64,000 bases of DNA from positions 4,032,001 to 4,096,000 of the forward strand of contig OY764216.1 in NCBI GenBank assembly GCA_963668315.1, in the 5' to 3' direction. This document shows, in pieces, positions 14,501 to 28,650 of the stretch (positions are counted from its first letter, which is position 1; every line of letters starts with the position of its first letter). The position numbers and the translations under genes were made by a program. The notes beneath the pieces are model-generated. The model was not told the DNA's origin. It was given only the letters and a program-made list of their open reading frames with translations, and did no database searches. This DNA comes from Spirochaetia bacterium. Lineage in GTDB: Bacteria; Spirochaetota; Spirochaetia; DSM-2461.

Positions 14501-14862
14501 ATCTCATCTCCCTTGTCATCGATCTGATAATACTCCGTACTGTCCGCCGATTCGATGTGGATTTCCAGCTTGGAGTCCCGGCCTGCGCTTTTTGATTCGG
14601 TTCCGGCGGCGGATTTTTCGTAGGCGTAGTAAGCCCTGAGCCTCTCCTTGAGCTGATTTTCATTTCCCCCGTCATCGAGAGAAAGGGATCGGCACCAGAT
14701 TCTCAGCTCGTCGAGGCCGGACTGCTCCAGATCCCTTTCGAAATACTGTTCCTCCAGGGAGATGCCTTCCGCCGCCTCCTGTGCCGCCAGCTCCGTCACG
14801 GCCGCCGGCAGGCCCGATACGAGAAAAACAACGATGAGCAGGGAAAGGCGGGACCGGATCAT
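11578..14862 (-). CDS. lptD: Large outer-membrane LPS-assembly protein, LptD-like (spirochaete type)
   Basis: Signal peptide; OstA-like N-terminal region; LYLGRIPLLYLPFYY..P..GF..REG motif; beta-rich C-terminal part; downstream of uvrA. Confidence 0.7.
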   Translation of the reverse strand: MIRSRLSLLIVVFLVSGLPAAVTELAAQEAAEGISLEEQYFERDLEQSGLDELRIWCRSLSLDDGGNENQLKERLRAYYAYEKSAAGTESKSAGRDSKLEIHIESADSTEYYQIDDKGDEIHLTGKVKITVKDNGEDRDYTITADQIVFSRLDDSLTALGNVEYSRAEGGGEAERFLGESMTFHIEGWQGVIYDGVSSRTDSVGGKDIEFYFTGEEISSSGFDLAVMEKGTITSGKWKDPEYSIRAGKIWLNGPEEWGLVNGVLYLGRIPLLYLPFYYKPGNEIFCNPSLGFRNREGTTIQTTTYLIGQKDPENTSFFSAGLNSDAIYELERRGFFLFKGDKEEEEEDGYLKFMADYYSRLGGFIGLEGEVSPGKSTRPVDLFTGIAVSRSIDDGNNYSVFYSEDNYQSRWNSSYIGGLELPFRWGSEVSYSAGSFSLSLMYYSDPYFMGEFTDNRVENFDPLNFVLSDLGEDNTDTSSSTISSFTWSLNWRKNIATEALDPWFEGFNITRFKSSLEWASIKDVENDDEDSPTIKFFYPESITLPDTALSLSGTIWKSGSDGEVNLKAADTARWLFPEGEDGAGSYEGEGGNSAAYLSPEILGSRSLSEENSFSGNFKWSSTTTAIMLNDFDNFLDDTSQDAATPSDISFFLDKGKFSLTNKDSLSLDLDFFDERLSLSNAHNFSISARKYLSLTGENVDLTDSERKDQYSYESVKWNNSSTLKGSPFSYYSLKGSYVKYTLGLDLFEKTYQTMDGSSPVFNELWLADNGDGISQSDLEGYLSFKPVSYFSGSSRYKTALYTDGRDVTSSLDSSLSLTLGPLSNSLSHGLEKSGDEDWESDPLQYKGSLDFDPLDLTFSDSLTYDIEESRFSANTATLKGYGFTFILDADYTYGYDWDRVNYQWVSEEQSFQLSSASAAYSLDWDVPKFWKSRVDAELNLKTGWSQNLIKINDSVLDFSLGSTLSVHEFMDLSFAMVSSNENMYLYLPRYRKDLGIEDRYNFFEDLGKSFNFFNTQDRYDSFFNLSSFKVNLTHYLGNWNFVLDYTGSPTLVEKRYEWESEFSFYLTWDPVPTLNIDVVKDSDDDWDIKAGETD

Positions 14863-14866
14863 TCTC

Positions 14867-17680
14867 TTAATCGAGGAGCTCCTTCAGAAAAAAGCCCGTA
14901 TAGGACTCTTCGCACCGGGCCACGGCCTCAGGGGTTCCCTCCACGACGATGGTACCGCCCCGGTCTCCCCCTTCGGGCCCCAGATCGATGATATGGTCCG
15001 CCTGCTTGATCACATCCAGATTATGCTCGATCATGCAGATGGTATTGCCCTTGTCCACCAGTTCCTGCAGAACTTCAAGGAGCTGCTTCACATCGGCGAA
15101 ATGGAGGCCTGTGGTAGGTTCATCAATAACATAGAAGGTATTACCCGTTCCCCTTTTGGAGAGTTCCAGGGCCAGCTTTACACGCTGGGCTTCCCCTCCC
15201 GAAAGAGTCAGGGCCGACTGCCCCAGGGTCACGTATCCCAGACCGACGGCCTGGAGGGTTTCCATCTTTCCCTTGATTTTCGGCTGGGCGGCAAAGAACT
15301 CTGTCGCTTCTTCCACGGGCATTTCCAGTACTTCGTGAATGTTCTTTCCCTTATACCGCACGTCCAGGGTCTCCCGGTTGAACCGCTTGCCCTTGCAGAC
15401 ATCGCAGGTCACATAGACATCGGGAAGGAAGTGCATCTCGATTTTCTGGGTTCCCGCCCCCTGGCAGGCCTCACAGCGCCCCCCTTTCACATTGAAGGAG
15501 AAACGGCCGGATTTATATCCCCGGGCCTTCGATTCGGGCAGGGAGGCAAAAAGTTCACGGATAGGCGTGAAAACCCCCACATAGGTGGCGGGGTTGGACC
15601 GGGGCGTACGGCCGATGGGACTCTGATCGATGGCGATGATTTTATCGATATGCTCATCCCCTTCCAGGGAGTCGTAGGCTCCGGTTTCCTTTTTCGTCTT
15701 ATTGACCGCATTGGCGAGAGCCGGAAACAGGATAGACGTCAGGAGGGTGGATTTACCCGAACCGGAGACGCCGGTTATTACGTTCATCAGGCCGAGAGGG
15801 ATGGACACGGTAAGATTCTTCAGATTGTTCTGACGGGCGCCTCTGAGCACAAGGCTTTTCCCGTTACCCTTTCTTCGCTCCTTCGGAACGATAATGGCAT
15901 CTTTTCCCGAGAGAAAACGGCCCGTAGGACTTTCGGGATGATCCAGAATATAATCCAGATCCCCCGCCGCCACGACCTGCCCGCCGTGAACTCCGGCTCC
16001 GGGCCCCATATCCACAATATAGTCGGCCGTGCGGATGGTCTGCTCGTCATGCTCCACCACGATGAGGGTGTTTCCGATATCCCGCAGATGCTTGAGGGTC
16101 TCTATAAGCCGGTCGTTGTCCCTCTGGTGAAGGCCGATGGTCGGCTCGTCCAGTATATAGAGCACCCCGACCAGGGAGGAACCGATCTGGGTTGCCAGCC
16201 TGATGCGCTGCGCTTCTCCTCCCGAAATCGTTCCCGCCTCCCGGTGAAGGGTCAGATATTCCAGTCCCACGCTCTCCATGAAGGTCAGGCGGTCCCGGAT
16301 CTCCTTGAGTATCTGCTCGGAGATATGGGCTTCGTTCTCATTCAGCTCTATCTGGTTGAAGAAGGGAAGAAGTTCCTTAACGGGCCTGGCTGTCAGATCC
16401 CAGATATTGATTCCCTTGACGGTCACGGCCAGAGCCTCGGGTTTGAGTCTTTTCCCCCCGCAGTCGGAACAGGGATTGCGGACCATCAGATTTTCCAGCC
16501 AGTCCTTGATACCCGTGGAACCGGTTTCGCTGTGCCGCCTTTTCAGATCCTGAATAAGTCCCGGATAGGGCCTGTCAAAATCGAATGTCCCCGTTTTGCT
16601 TCTGTTTTCGTAGTGGAAGGCGATTTTCTCCTTCGTTCCGTAAAGCAGGGCTTTTTTCGCCTTCTCGCTCAGGTCCTTCAGGGGAGTATCCAGGGTAAAA
16701 CCGTAATGGGATGCCAGACTTTCCATCTGGCTCCGCCCCCAGGCCGCATCGGGATTAATGCTGGAGATTCCCCCCTCGTTGATCGATTTCGACCAGTCGG
16801 GAATAATCTTATCCGGATCAAATTCCAGAGTCATGCCCAGTCCGCTGCAGGTGGGACAGGCGCCGAAAGGATTGTTAAAGGAGAAGAGCCGGGGCTGCAG
16901 TTCGGGCATGCTGAATCCGCAGTGGGGGCAGGAGTTTTTCTCGGAGAAGAAATCCTCCCGGTCCTCCGAGAGATTGCAGGCGATAACCTGTCCTTCGGAG
17001 ACTTCCAGGGCGGTTTCGATGGAATCGGCCAGACGTTTCCTTGTCTCGGCGGAAACCTTCAGGCGGTCCACCACGACCTCTATGGTGTGCTTCTTGTTCT
17101 TCTCCAGCTGGATTTCGTCTTCCAGAAGGAGGACTTCCCCGTCCACCCTGACCCGGAGGAAACCGGCATTGCGGGCGTCGCTGAATATTTTCTGATGCTC
17201 TCCCTTGCGGCCTCTGATCAGGGGGGCGAGAATCATCATACGGCTCCCCTCGGGAGCTTCAAGAATGGCTTCCACGATCTGATCGACCGACTGCTCCTTG
17301 ATCTCCTCCCCGCAATCGGGACAGTGGGGGATGCCGATCCGGGCGTATAGAAGCCGGAGGTAATCGTAAATTTCCGTGACAGTGCCCACGGTGGACCGGG
17401 GGTTCTTATGGGTGGTTTTCTGCTCTATGGAGATGGCGGGAGAGAGTCCCTCCAGATAATCCACATCGGGCTTATCCATGCGGCCCAGGAACTGACGGGC
17501 ATAGGCAGACAGGGATTCCACATAGCGTCTCTGCCCCTCGGCGAAGACCGTATCGAAAGCCAGGGAGGATTTGCCGCTTCCGGAAAGTCCGGATATAACG
17601 ATCATTTTATCCCTGGGAAGTTCTAAATCTATATTTTTCAAATTGTGCTCGCGGGCACCTTTTATAACTATTTTGTCCAT
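14867..17680 (-). CDS. uvrA: Excinuclease ABC subunit A
   Basis: GAREHNLKN, two Walker A motifs ([18 protein letters not shown]), zinc fingers, SGGEAQR. Confidence 0.99.
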   Translation of the reverse strand: MDKIVIKGAREHNLKNIDLELPRDKMIVISGLSGSGKSSLAFDTVFAEGQRRYVESLSAYARQFLGRMDKPDVDYLEGLSPAISIEQKTTHKNPRSTVGTVTEIYDYLRLLYARIGIPHCPDCGEEIKEQSVDQIVEAILEAPEGSRMMILAPLIRGRKGEHQKIFSDARNAGFLRVRVDGEVLLLEDEIQLEKNKKHTIEVVVDRLKVSAETRKRLADSIETALEVSEGQVIACNLSEDREDFFSEKNSCPHCGFSMPELQPRLFSFNNPFGACPTCSGLGMTLEFDPDKIIPDWSKSINEGGISSINPDAAWGRSQMESLASHYGFTLDTPLKDLSEKAKKALLYGTKEKIAFHYENRSKTGTFDFDRPYPGLIQDLKRRHSETGSTGIKDWLENLMVRNPCSDCGGKRLKPEALAVTVKGINIWDLTARPVKELLPFFNQIELNENEAHISEQILKEIRDRLTFMESVGLEYLTLHREAGTISGGEAQRIRLATQIGSSLVGVLYILDEPTIGLHQRDNDRLIETLKHLRDIGNTLIVVEHDEQTIRTADYIVDMGPGAGVHGGQVVAAGDLDYILDHPESPTGRFLSGKDAIIVPKERRKGNGKSLVLRGARQNNLKNLTVSIPLGLMNVITGVSGSGKSTLLTSILFPALANAVNKTKKETGAYDSLEGDEHIDKIIAIDQSPIGRTPRSNPATYVGVFTPIRELFASLPESKARGYKSGRFSFNVKGGRCEACQGAGTQKIEMHFLPDVYVTCDVCKGKRFNRETLDVRYKGKNIHEVLEMPVEEATEFFAAQPKIKGKMETLQAVGLGYVTLGQSALTLSGGEAQRVKLALELSKRGTGNTFYVIDEPTTGLHFADVKQLLEVLQELVDKGNTICMIEHNLDVIKQADHIIDLGPEGGDRGGTIVVEGTPEAVARCEESYTGFFLKELLD

Positions 17681-17702
17681 GTTTTCCTCTTATTGGATGA
17701 AT

Positions 17703-18836
17703 TTAGAACAGGACAGGATTTTTGTCTATATGGGGGGAAGCCAACTGGGACTCGGCCCTACGCGACCAGCCTTTTCCCTGGGGATCTTTCCTCAGGTCGC
17801 TCCAGATTTCCCTGGCCCTCTCTTCAAAACCCTCTCCGTACAGGGAGCAGGCCAGATAATACAGAGACTGATAAATATTGTTCTCTTCCATAAACGGCAG
17901 CAGGGCACGGCTCTTTTTAAAAAGATTCAGGGCATAGCCGATACCGCTGTAGTGATAGGGGACATTCTCCTCTTCCAGCCGTCTCAGGGCATCGCGGACC
18001 TGGGCGCTCTCATTAACAAGCCGCCGGCTCCCCTCCTCCCGGATAAAACTGAAGCTTTCGTCAACCCGTCGCAGTTCGTTCTCTATATCATCGTAATAGC
18101 TCAGGGGATCGTACTCCAGAAGCTTCTCCCTGTTCCGGGGGAACTGGAACTCCGGATCTTCCCGGATAAGCTGCTCGATTCCCAGGGAGTAGAAAGTCAT
18201 GACCGCATAGAGGTTATAGAGGACTCCGCTCCGGTATTCCCCTTTTTTATAATAATAGGCTCCCAGCTCCCGGAAGGCCCTGAGGGACTGATTGTAATCC
18301 AGACGGTAAAGATAGAGTAGCTCGTCGAGGCCCTTCTCCTTGAGGGTGGAGACATAGAGATGCTCCCTTTCCACAACGGTTCTGCTCCGCCGGACCTCTT
18401 CATCGATCAGCTGCTGCAGGCGGTATTCATACTTCCCGGGCTGTTCCGACTTGATGTAGGCTTCGGCCAGGCGGTAGACGATCTCGGTTTTATCACCGGC
18501 CACGTAGAGATAACGGGCCTGTTCCAGGGCTTTTTCATACTGCAGGATAGCCAGGGGCAGTTCCCCCTCTTCCTCATAGACCCGGCCGATCCAGTACTCC
18601 CCCTCGGGAAGGACGGCCCCCTTGTTCCGCGAATAGGTGAAATAGGTCAGGGCGGAAGCGAAATCCCCCTGGCGGTAGGAAGCCTTGCCCTTCTCCATGA
18701 GAACCCAAACGGGCATATCCATCTCCTCGACGGTCAGTTCTTCCGCGGAAAGGGCAGGAACTGCGGGGAGGAGAAAAAGGAGTAAGGTCAGAGCAGTTTT
18801 TGCAGCTCTTCCAAGAATGCTTCTTTTGCCTGGCAA
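17703..18836 (-). CDS. TPR-containing exported protein
   Basis: Signal peptide; TPR-like helices (EYWIGRVYEEEG..AILQYEKAL); overlaps ispG 3' end. Confidence 0.75.
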   Translation of the reverse strand: MPGKRSILGRAAKTALTLLLFLLPAVPALSAEELTVEEMDMPVWVLMEKGKASYRQGDFASALTYFTYSRNKGAVLPEGEYWIGRVYEEEGELPLAILQYEKALEQARYLYVAGDKTEIVYRLAEAYIKSEQPGKYEYRLQQLIDEEVRRSRTVVEREHLYVSTLKEKGLDELLYLYRLDYNQSLRAFRELGAYYYKKGEYRSGVLYNLYAVMTFYSLGIEQLIREDPEFQFPRNREKLLEYDPLSYYDDIENELRRVDESFSFIREEGSRRLVNESAQVRDALRRLEEENVPYHYSGIGYALNLFKKSRALLPFMEENNIYQSLYYLACSLYGEGFEERAREIWSDLRKDPQGKGWSRRAESQLASPHIDKNPVLF

Positions 18837-19837
18837 AGCGGTGCCCTCCCTATGATCTCTCCCTTTCTGAACAGGGCGATCTGGTCACCCATCCCCGTAA
18901 TGCCCAGATCGGCATGCTGTGCCTCCCCGGGACCGTTGACAACGCAGCCCATGACGGCTATGGTCAGATTCTTCTCTATGCTGTAGAGGGAAGCCTCTAT
19001 CTCTTCGGTGAATTTATGGGTATCGAAAGTGGTCCGCCCGCATTTGGGACAGGACACGAGATTCACATGGGGGACATTGCCCATTCCCAGGTTGGCCAGA
19101 AGTTCCCGGGCGGCCATGATCTCCTTGAAGGGAGAATCGGAAATGGAGATGCGGATGGTATCGCCTACTCCTTCCCGCAGAAGGTCTCCCAGGGCCAGAG
19201 TGCTTTTCACGAGGGAGGGGATGAGCGGACCCGCCTCGGTGACTCCCAGATGGAGGGGATAATCGTATTTTTCGGCGAAGAGCCTGTTGGCCCGGCGGCA
19301 GATGTCCACATCGGATGACTTGAGGGAAACCACAGCCCGGCTGAAATTCAGCTTTTCCAGAATATCCAGCTGCTCTTCGGCGGCCTGAACCATGGCGGCC
19401 GCCCGGTTTTCGGCTCCCCTGAGTTCCTTGGGCAGGGAGCCTTCATTGGCACCCACCCGGAGGGCCACACCCGTATCGGCGGCTTTCCTGATGACCTCTT
19501 CGGTTTTCCAGGAGGCGCCTATATTACCCGGATTGATGCGGATTTTAGCCAGGGGAAAATCCATGCACCGAAGGGCGATTCTGTAATCGAAATGGATGTC
19601 GGCGACCAGGGGGACGGGACTTTCCCTGGCCAGCAGGCCGAGCTGCTCCGCCGCCGCCTGGTTGGGTGCGGCGAACCTTACAAGACGGCAGCCCATGGAC
19701 GCCATACGCGTCAAAGCCTCTTTTTCATCCTGGAGGTCATTACTGAGGGGTTTATCCCACATTGTCTGTATTATTACGGGATTGTCCCCTCCCATTACAA
19801 GGGGGCCAATCGGAACGGGTCGGCTCTTTCGTCTCAT
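18788..19837 (-). CDS. ispG: HMBPP synthase IspG
   Basis: LVADIHFD, RINPGNIG, HLGVTEAG, CPKCGR, MGCVVNGPGE. Confidence 0.97.
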   Translation of the reverse strand: MRRKSRPVPIGPLVMGGDNPVIIQTMWDKPLSNDLQDEKEALTRMASMGCRLVRFAAPNQAAAEQLGLLARESPVPLVADIHFDYRIALRCMDFPLAKIRINPGNIGASWKTEEVIRKAADTGVALRVGANEGSLPKELRGAENRAAAMVQAAEEQLDILEKLNFSRAVVSLKSSDVDICRRANRLFAEKYDYPLHLGVTEAGPLIPSLVKSTLALGDLLREGVGDTIRISISDSPFKEIMAARELLANLGMGNVPHVNLVSCPKCGRTTFDTHKFTEEIEASLYSIEKNLTIAVMGCVVNGPGEAQHADLGITGMGDQIALFRKGEIIGRAPLCQAKEAFLEELQKLL

Positions 19838-19957
19838 ATTGGGGGATTATATCACTTTAGCGGGGAATAAACAAGAATTGTTCTTTCCGGCGGTTGCATT
19901 CGCAATGATATGATTTATAATTATTTATAGGAAGGTTTCCTTGAAAAGGAGGTTTTT

Positions 19958-20326
19958 ATGAATAACCCTGCCGCCGCTTTTATTACCATATTGGAAATAG
20001 AGTTAAGAGACCTCGAAGACGACATACAGCTCATCATGGCCCAGAGCGAGATGAGAAGGCACCATGAGGAGATCAGCAATTACGTGTACATGGAAAATCT
20101 GGCCCTTATGAAAAAAGAACTTTTTGATGTGGACGGGCTCATTCATAAGCTGGGGGAACTGGATCCGGCCGATTACGCTTCGGACAGGGAAGTGAAAGAC
20201 CTCCTTCTGAAAGATCTGCGAATCAAGGTTCAGCACCAGATCATCCCCCCGGTTATCCTGAAAATGGTGGAACGGAAATTCGACAAGGTCAGCCGCTATG
20301 TCTGCCAGCGGGAAAACTGTGATTGA
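19958..20326 (+). CDS. Hypothetical protein
   Basis: AGGAGG RBS; 122 aa helical ORF divergent from ispG. Confidence 0.75.
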   Translation: MNNPAAAFITILEIELRDLEDDIQLIMAQSEMRRHHEEISNYVYMENLALMKKELFDVDGLIHKLGELDPADYASDREVKDLLLKDLRIKVQHQIIPPVILKMVERKFDKVSRYVCQRENCD

Positions 20327-20357
20327 TCAAGCTCTCCCCTTTCCGTAAAATAGCCCC

Positions 20358-21080
20358 ATGAACCTGCTGCTTTTTGACAAAGAAGAAATGACTGGACCTC
20401 TGAAGAGAGGCGATAACCGTTACGAACATATCACGACCATCCTTAAAGCCCGCGAAGGGGACGTCCTGGAAGGGGGCATTCTCGACGGCCCCCGGGGTGA
20501 TGTTCTTCTGACCCATGTGGGCAAGGACCGTATTGAATACACCTTTACCCCCCGTCCGGGAGAAGAGCCTCCCCTCCTTCCCCTCACCATGATAATAGGC
20601 TGTCCCCGCCCGCCCACGGCCAGGCGCCTTGTGAAGGATCTGGTATCCCTGGGAGCGGGACGGCTGATATTCACCGGAACCGATCTTAACGAGAAGTCCT
20701 ATCTGCAGGCGAAGTTCTGGCGGGAGGAGCTTTACCTCCAAGCCGCCCGGGAGGGAGCCATGCAGGGGAAAAGCACCCTCCTCCCTCCCATCGAGAAGTG
20801 CTTCTCCCTCAAGAAGGCTCTGGAATCCCTCCCCGGAGGAGAAGTGAGATTTGTTCCCGATTTTACGGGAGGGGGGAAACTCATAGACCTGCTCCCCCGC
20901 CCCTGGCCGGTATCCCGGGGGGGCTGCGCCGCCATCGGGCCGGAAAGGGGCTGGACCGACAGGGAACGGGGGATGCTGGCAGAAGCGGGCTTTGTCCCGG
21001 TAAGCCTTGGCTCCCGGGTGATGCGCACCGAGTCGGCTTCGATCATGGCCGCCGGCGTCCTGCTTCTGGGGATGGAGTAA
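20358..21080 (+). CDS. rsmE: 16S rRNA m3U1498 methyltransferase RsmE family
   Basis: HITTILK, IGPERGW, LGSRVMRTESA SPOUT motifs. Confidence 0.9.
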   Translation: MNLLLFDKEEMTGPLKRGDNRYEHITTILKAREGDVLEGGILDGPRGDVLLTHVGKDRIEYTFTPRPGEEPPLLPLTMIIGCPRPPTARRLVKDLVSLGAGRLIFTGTDLNEKSYLQAKFWREELYLQAAREGAMQGKSTLLPPIEKCFSLKKALESLPGGEVRFVPDFTGGGKLIDLLPRPWPVSRGGCAAIGPERGWTDRERGMLAEAGFVPVSLGSRVMRTESASIMAAGVLLLGME

Positions 21081-21860
21081 CTACTTCCAGGGGCGGATCA
21101 TATCGCCCAGGGTACGGGTTCCCACCGTTTCACGCTCGTCCCTGAGAATCACGTCCCAGGGAATTTTCCGGCGGTTGATTTCGGGGTTTTCCTCAAGGAA
21201 GTCGTACTTGAGCATGAGGAATTTCATCAGGTTTTCCCAGAGGATGGCAATGGCCGAAAATCCGGGAAGAAGCAGGGCCGTCATGACGGAGATCACAAAA
21301 AGTATCAGGCAGAGAAAGGAGGCCACGATAGAGGGGCCGGGATTGTCGAAAAAGAGGATGAAACACTTTTTGACATTCTTCCTGAAGGGGTCATCCATAA
21401 TGTTGGAAAGGGGGAAGTAATAGCCCACGGAAAAGAACAGCAGCAGGGAGATCCAGAAGATGAAAAAGAAAGCCGCCAGATAAACGAGGCTTCCCGCAGT
21501 GGATCCGTAAAAACGCAGAGCCGTGTAGACGACGAAGCTTATAGCCAGAACGACCAGATAGAAAAACATCGTTTTCTTCGCCTTTTCCTTCATGTAGGTG
21601 AACCAGTTCTTCAGATAAATACTGCGGAAATAGGCCACTTCATTGCACATGCGGCTGTTCGCTCCCAGGATAAGAAAGAAGAGCGCCCCGAAAAGGATCA
21701 GGCTGATCAGCGACGGGACAACCAGATTCGCCTGCACAAGCATCATGGGAATGTAAACACATAAAGCAACCGAGGCCAGAAGCATTAGATTCAGAAGAAT
21801 CATCAACCCCATTTTGTCCCAGTAATCCCAAAAGGATTTTTTAATTAAAAACCAGATCAT
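21081..21860 (-). CDS. Hypothetical integral membrane protein
   Basis: About six hydrophobic segments; 3 bp from the upstream gene. Confidence 0.8.
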   Translation of the reverse strand: MIWFLIKKSFWDYWDKMGLMILLNLMLLASVALCVYIPMMLVQANLVVPSLISLILFGALFFLILGANSRMCNEVAYFRSIYLKNWFTYMKEKAKKTMFFYLVVLAISFVVYTALRFYGSTAGSLVYLAAFFFIFWISLLLFFSVGYYFPLSNIMDDPFRKNVKKCFILFFDNPGPSIVASFLCLILFVISVMTALLLPGFSAIAILWENLMKFLMLKYDFLEENPEINRRKIPWDVILRDERETVGTRTLGDMIRPWK

Positions 21861-21863
21861 CCT

Positions 21864-22553
21864 CTACTCCTTCACTTTTGATTGGCGGTACCAGCTGCTG
21901 GCGATGTAAACGAGAGGCGTATCGGCCAGAGCGGTGATTAATTTAAAAAGATAGGTGGTCATCAGAACCTCGGCGAAAAGACGCCCGGTCAGACTGCCCC
22001 AGAATGCGATAAAGGTGAATACAACCGAATCGATGAGCTGGCTGACGATTGTACTCATGTTGTTGCGCAGCCAGATATACTTCACTTCCGGCTTCTTCCT
22101 CTTCCAGAAATGGTAGGCCCATACATCGTGGGTCTGGCTGATGAGATAGGCGGCGAAGCTGGCCAGGGCGATGCGGGGCATGAGGGAAAAAATATCCGAC
22201 AGGCTTCCCTGGGCGAAATCATCGGCGGAAGGCTCGAAAAGCAGGGCGATATTCATCAGGACCGTCATGGCGAGGAGAGCGATGAAACCGATATACACGG
22301 CTCTCCGGGCGGTTTCCTTTCCGTAGTTTTCCGAGAGAATATCGGTAACGAGAAAACTGCCCCCGTAGATGATATTTCCCAGAGTGGCGGTTATACCGAA
22401 TATATCCACCAGCTTGAGGACCTGAATATTCGCGAGAATGCAGGCGATGGGAATCCAGCAGAACAGCCCGGTTTTACCGAAAAACCGGTAGATGATCAGG
22501 ACGGCGGAGAAGTTGAGTATGAGCATGAGAATCCAGAGGAGTTCATTACCCAC
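21864..22553 (-). CDS. yhhQ: Queuosine precursor transporter (YhhQ/Vut_1 family)
   Basis: ANIQVLK, TDILSENYG, SQTHDV, LRNNMSTIVSQLIDS, DTP motifs. Confidence 0.9.
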   Translation of the reverse strand: MGNELLWILMLILNFSAVLIIYRFFGKTGLFCWIPIACILANIQVLKLVDIFGITATLGNIIYGGSFLVTDILSENYGKETARRAVYIGFIALLAMTVLMNIALLFEPSADDFAQGSLSDIFSLMPRIALASFAAYLISQTHDVWAYHFWKRKKPEVKYIWLRNNMSTIVSQLIDSVVFTFIAFWGSLTGRLFAEVLMTTYLFKLITALADTPLVYIASSWYRQSKVKE

Positions 22554-24708
22554 AGGAAGCCTCTGTTCCGTCCAGCCCCTTCAGGGAGAGGCCGATTCTC
22601 TTGCGGACGGTGTCCACCTGTATGACCCTCACATTAACCTGCTGGTTCACGCGCACCACTTCGGCAGGATCTTTCACGAAACGGTCGGCCATTTCACTGA
22701 TATGGATAAGACCGTCCTGATGCACACCGATGTCCACAAAGGCCCCGAAGGCGGTCACATTCGTCACGATGCCGGGAAGAATCATTCCCTCCGCCAAATC
22801 CTCCAGGCTGTGAACCGATTCGTCGAAGGAGAATATTTCGTAGGGGTCCCGGGGATCAAGGCCGGGCTTTTTCAGTTCCCTGAGAATATCGTTGACCGTG
22901 GGCAGCCCCCTTTCCCGGTCGGTATAATCCGCCGGCTTGAGAGATTTGAGCAGCTTCTCATTGCCGATAAGCTCGGTCACCTGAACGCCCAGGCTGCGGG
23001 CCATTTTTTCCACGATATCATAGCTTTCGGGATGGACGCCCCCCTGATCAAGGGGTTCGGAACCGTCGGTAATACGCAAAAAACCGGCGCTCTGTTCAAA
23101 GGCTTTCTTTCCCATTCCCTTGACTTTGAGAAGCTCCCTGCGGCAGCCGAAGCGTCCGCCCCTCTGATGCCTTTCGGCCACTATCCGGGCGGCGAGGGCC
23201 TTGTTCAATCCCGAGATATGGGTCAGCAGGGCTTCACCGGCGGTATTCAGATTCACTCCTACCCGGTTGACGCACTCTTCGACAACATCATCCAGGGAAG
23301 ATTTGAGGGCTTTCTGATCCACATCGTGCTGATACTGTCCGACTCCGATGGAACGGGGGTCGATCTTTATCAGTTCCGACAGGGGATCCATGAGACGGCG
23401 GCCGATGGAAACGGCGCCCCGCACGGTGACGTCCTTGTCGGGAAATTCCCGCCGTCCTTCCTCGCTGGCGGAATACACGGAAGCCCCGCTTTCGTTCACG
23501 GAGATGATCGGAATATCCTTGAGAAAAGAGAGTTCCCTGAGAAACGCCTCCGTCTCCCGCCCTGCCGTGCCGTTTCCCACGGCCGCGGCTTCAAAGCGGT
23601 ATTTCTTGAAAAGGCCCTCGATCCTGGCGGCGGCCTGTTCCGTCTTGTTATGGGGAGCGGTGGGATAGATGACGTCGTCGTAGAGAAGCGCCCCGTCCCT
23701 GTCCAGAACAACCAGTTTGCAGCCCGTTCGGAACCCCGGGTCCAGGGCGAGTATCCTTTTTTCCCCCAGGGGGGAGGCCATTAGCATTTCGGAAAGGTTT
23801 CTTGAAAAGATTTCTATGGAGCAGCGGTCGCTCTCTTCCTTGAGGGCATTGCGGTACTCCTTTTCCAGGGATGGCTCGAGGAGCCTCTTATAGCTGTCGC
23901 TCAGGGCCTCTTCCACAGGGGTGCTGTTATTTTTCGTCCGGCTCAGGTAGTAATAACTGATTTTGCTGATTCCCTCGTCCCGGTCGGGATGGATTTTTAC
24001 CGACAGGATTCCTTCCTTCTCTCCCCTGAAAAGAGCCAGGAGCGTATGGGAAGCCACATGGGCCGCACGGCCGGTCCAGTCATAATAATCGGCATATTTG
24101 CCCTGCTCGTCCTTCTCCCTACTGCGGACTTTGGAAACAATTACGGAGCGCTGGAAAAAGAGATCCCGCAGCTTCTGCCGGGTAGTGCTGTTTTCACTGA
24201 TTTCCTGGGCCAGTATATCCTGGGCCCCTTTGAGGGCTTCCTCACGGGAAATTCCGGCTTTACGGGCATATACCCCCGCCAGAGACTCGATACGGGGATT
24301 ATCCCTGTCGAATAACTCTATTTTCAGACCTTCCAGCCCGAGTTCCCTGGCGACATCGGCTCTGGTCTTTCTTTTGGATTTATAGGGAAGATAGAGGTCT
24401 TCCAGCTCCGCCGGAGTCTCCGCGCCCAGGATATCCCGGCGCAGGGAGTCGGTCATTTTGCCCTGTTCCTCGATGGATTCAAGTATGAACTGGCGCCGTT
24501 TCTCCCGTTCTTCCAGCTTTGCCGATAAATCCCGGAGAGCCAGAATCGTCTCATCGGTCATTCCGCCGGTCTTTTCCTTCCGGTAACGGGCAATGAAGGG
24601 AACGGTGGCTCCCTCTTCCAGAAGATTAATGGCGGCTAAAACATTTGCTTCCTTAAGCTTCAACTTACCGGCAATCTCGGTTATCAGCAAATCAGTCATG
24701 CTAACCAA
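22546..24708 (-). CDS. tex: Tex RNA-binding transcriptional accessory protein
   Basis: GATVPFIARYRKE, LDPGFRTGCK, GVGQYQHD, C-terminal S1 domain. Confidence 0.97.
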   Translation of the reverse strand: MVSMTDLLITEIAGKLKLKEANVLAAINLLEEGATVPFIARYRKEKTGGMTDETILALRDLSAKLEEREKRRQFILESIEEQGKMTDSLRRDILGAETPAELEDLYLPYKSKRKTRADVARELGLEGLKIELFDRDNPRIESLAGVYARKAGISREEALKGAQDILAQEISENSTTRQKLRDLFFQRSVIVSKVRSREKDEQGKYADYYDWTGRAAHVASHTLLALFRGEKEGILSVKIHPDRDEGISKISYYYLSRTKNNSTPVEEALSDSYKRLLEPSLEKEYRNALKEESDRCSIEIFSRNLSEMLMASPLGEKRILALDPGFRTGCKLVVLDRDGALLYDDVIYPTAPHNKTEQAAARIEGLFKKYRFEAAAVGNGTAGRETEAFLRELSFLKDIPIISVNESGASVYSASEEGRREFPDKDVTVRGAVSIGRRLMDPLSELIKIDPRSIGVGQYQHDVDQKALKSSLDDVVEECVNRVGVNLNTAGEALLTHISGLNKALAARIVAERHQRGGRFGCRRELLKVKGMGKKAFEQSAGFLRITDGSEPLDQGGVHPESYDIVEKMARSLGVQVTELIGNEKLLKSLKPADYTDRERGLPTVNDILRELKKPGLDPRDPYEIFSFDESVHSLEDLAEGMILPGIVTNVTAFGAFVDIGVHQDGLIHISEMADRFVKDPAEVVRVNQQVNVRVIQVDTVRKRIGLSLKGLDGTEASCG

Positions 24709-24808
24709 TGTAACATGTTTACCGGGGAAAAAGAATAACGAAAAGGTAAATTCTTGGGGGTTTTTTCCCTTTTCCCCTGCCCCTCCTGATAAAAGAAAGG
24801 ATTAAACC

Positions 24809-28417
<3,609 letters not shown>

Positions 28418-28457
28418 ATGTCTCGCAATCGGGAACACCAACCGGTTAACATAACAA

Positions 28458-28529
<72 letters not shown>

Positions 28530-28650
28530 CTTTAAATAATTCATTCTAATATAATAATTTAGAATGAATGCCAAATGAACAACTACCGTAACAACGGCGT
28601 TTTATCATTCCACTGTAGCCAAGAGTGTAGCCACTCTTAAGGAACATGAT

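Noticed and set aside
14762..17350. 862-aa plus-strand ORF
   Set aside because: Antisense shadow of uvrA with no recognisable motifs.
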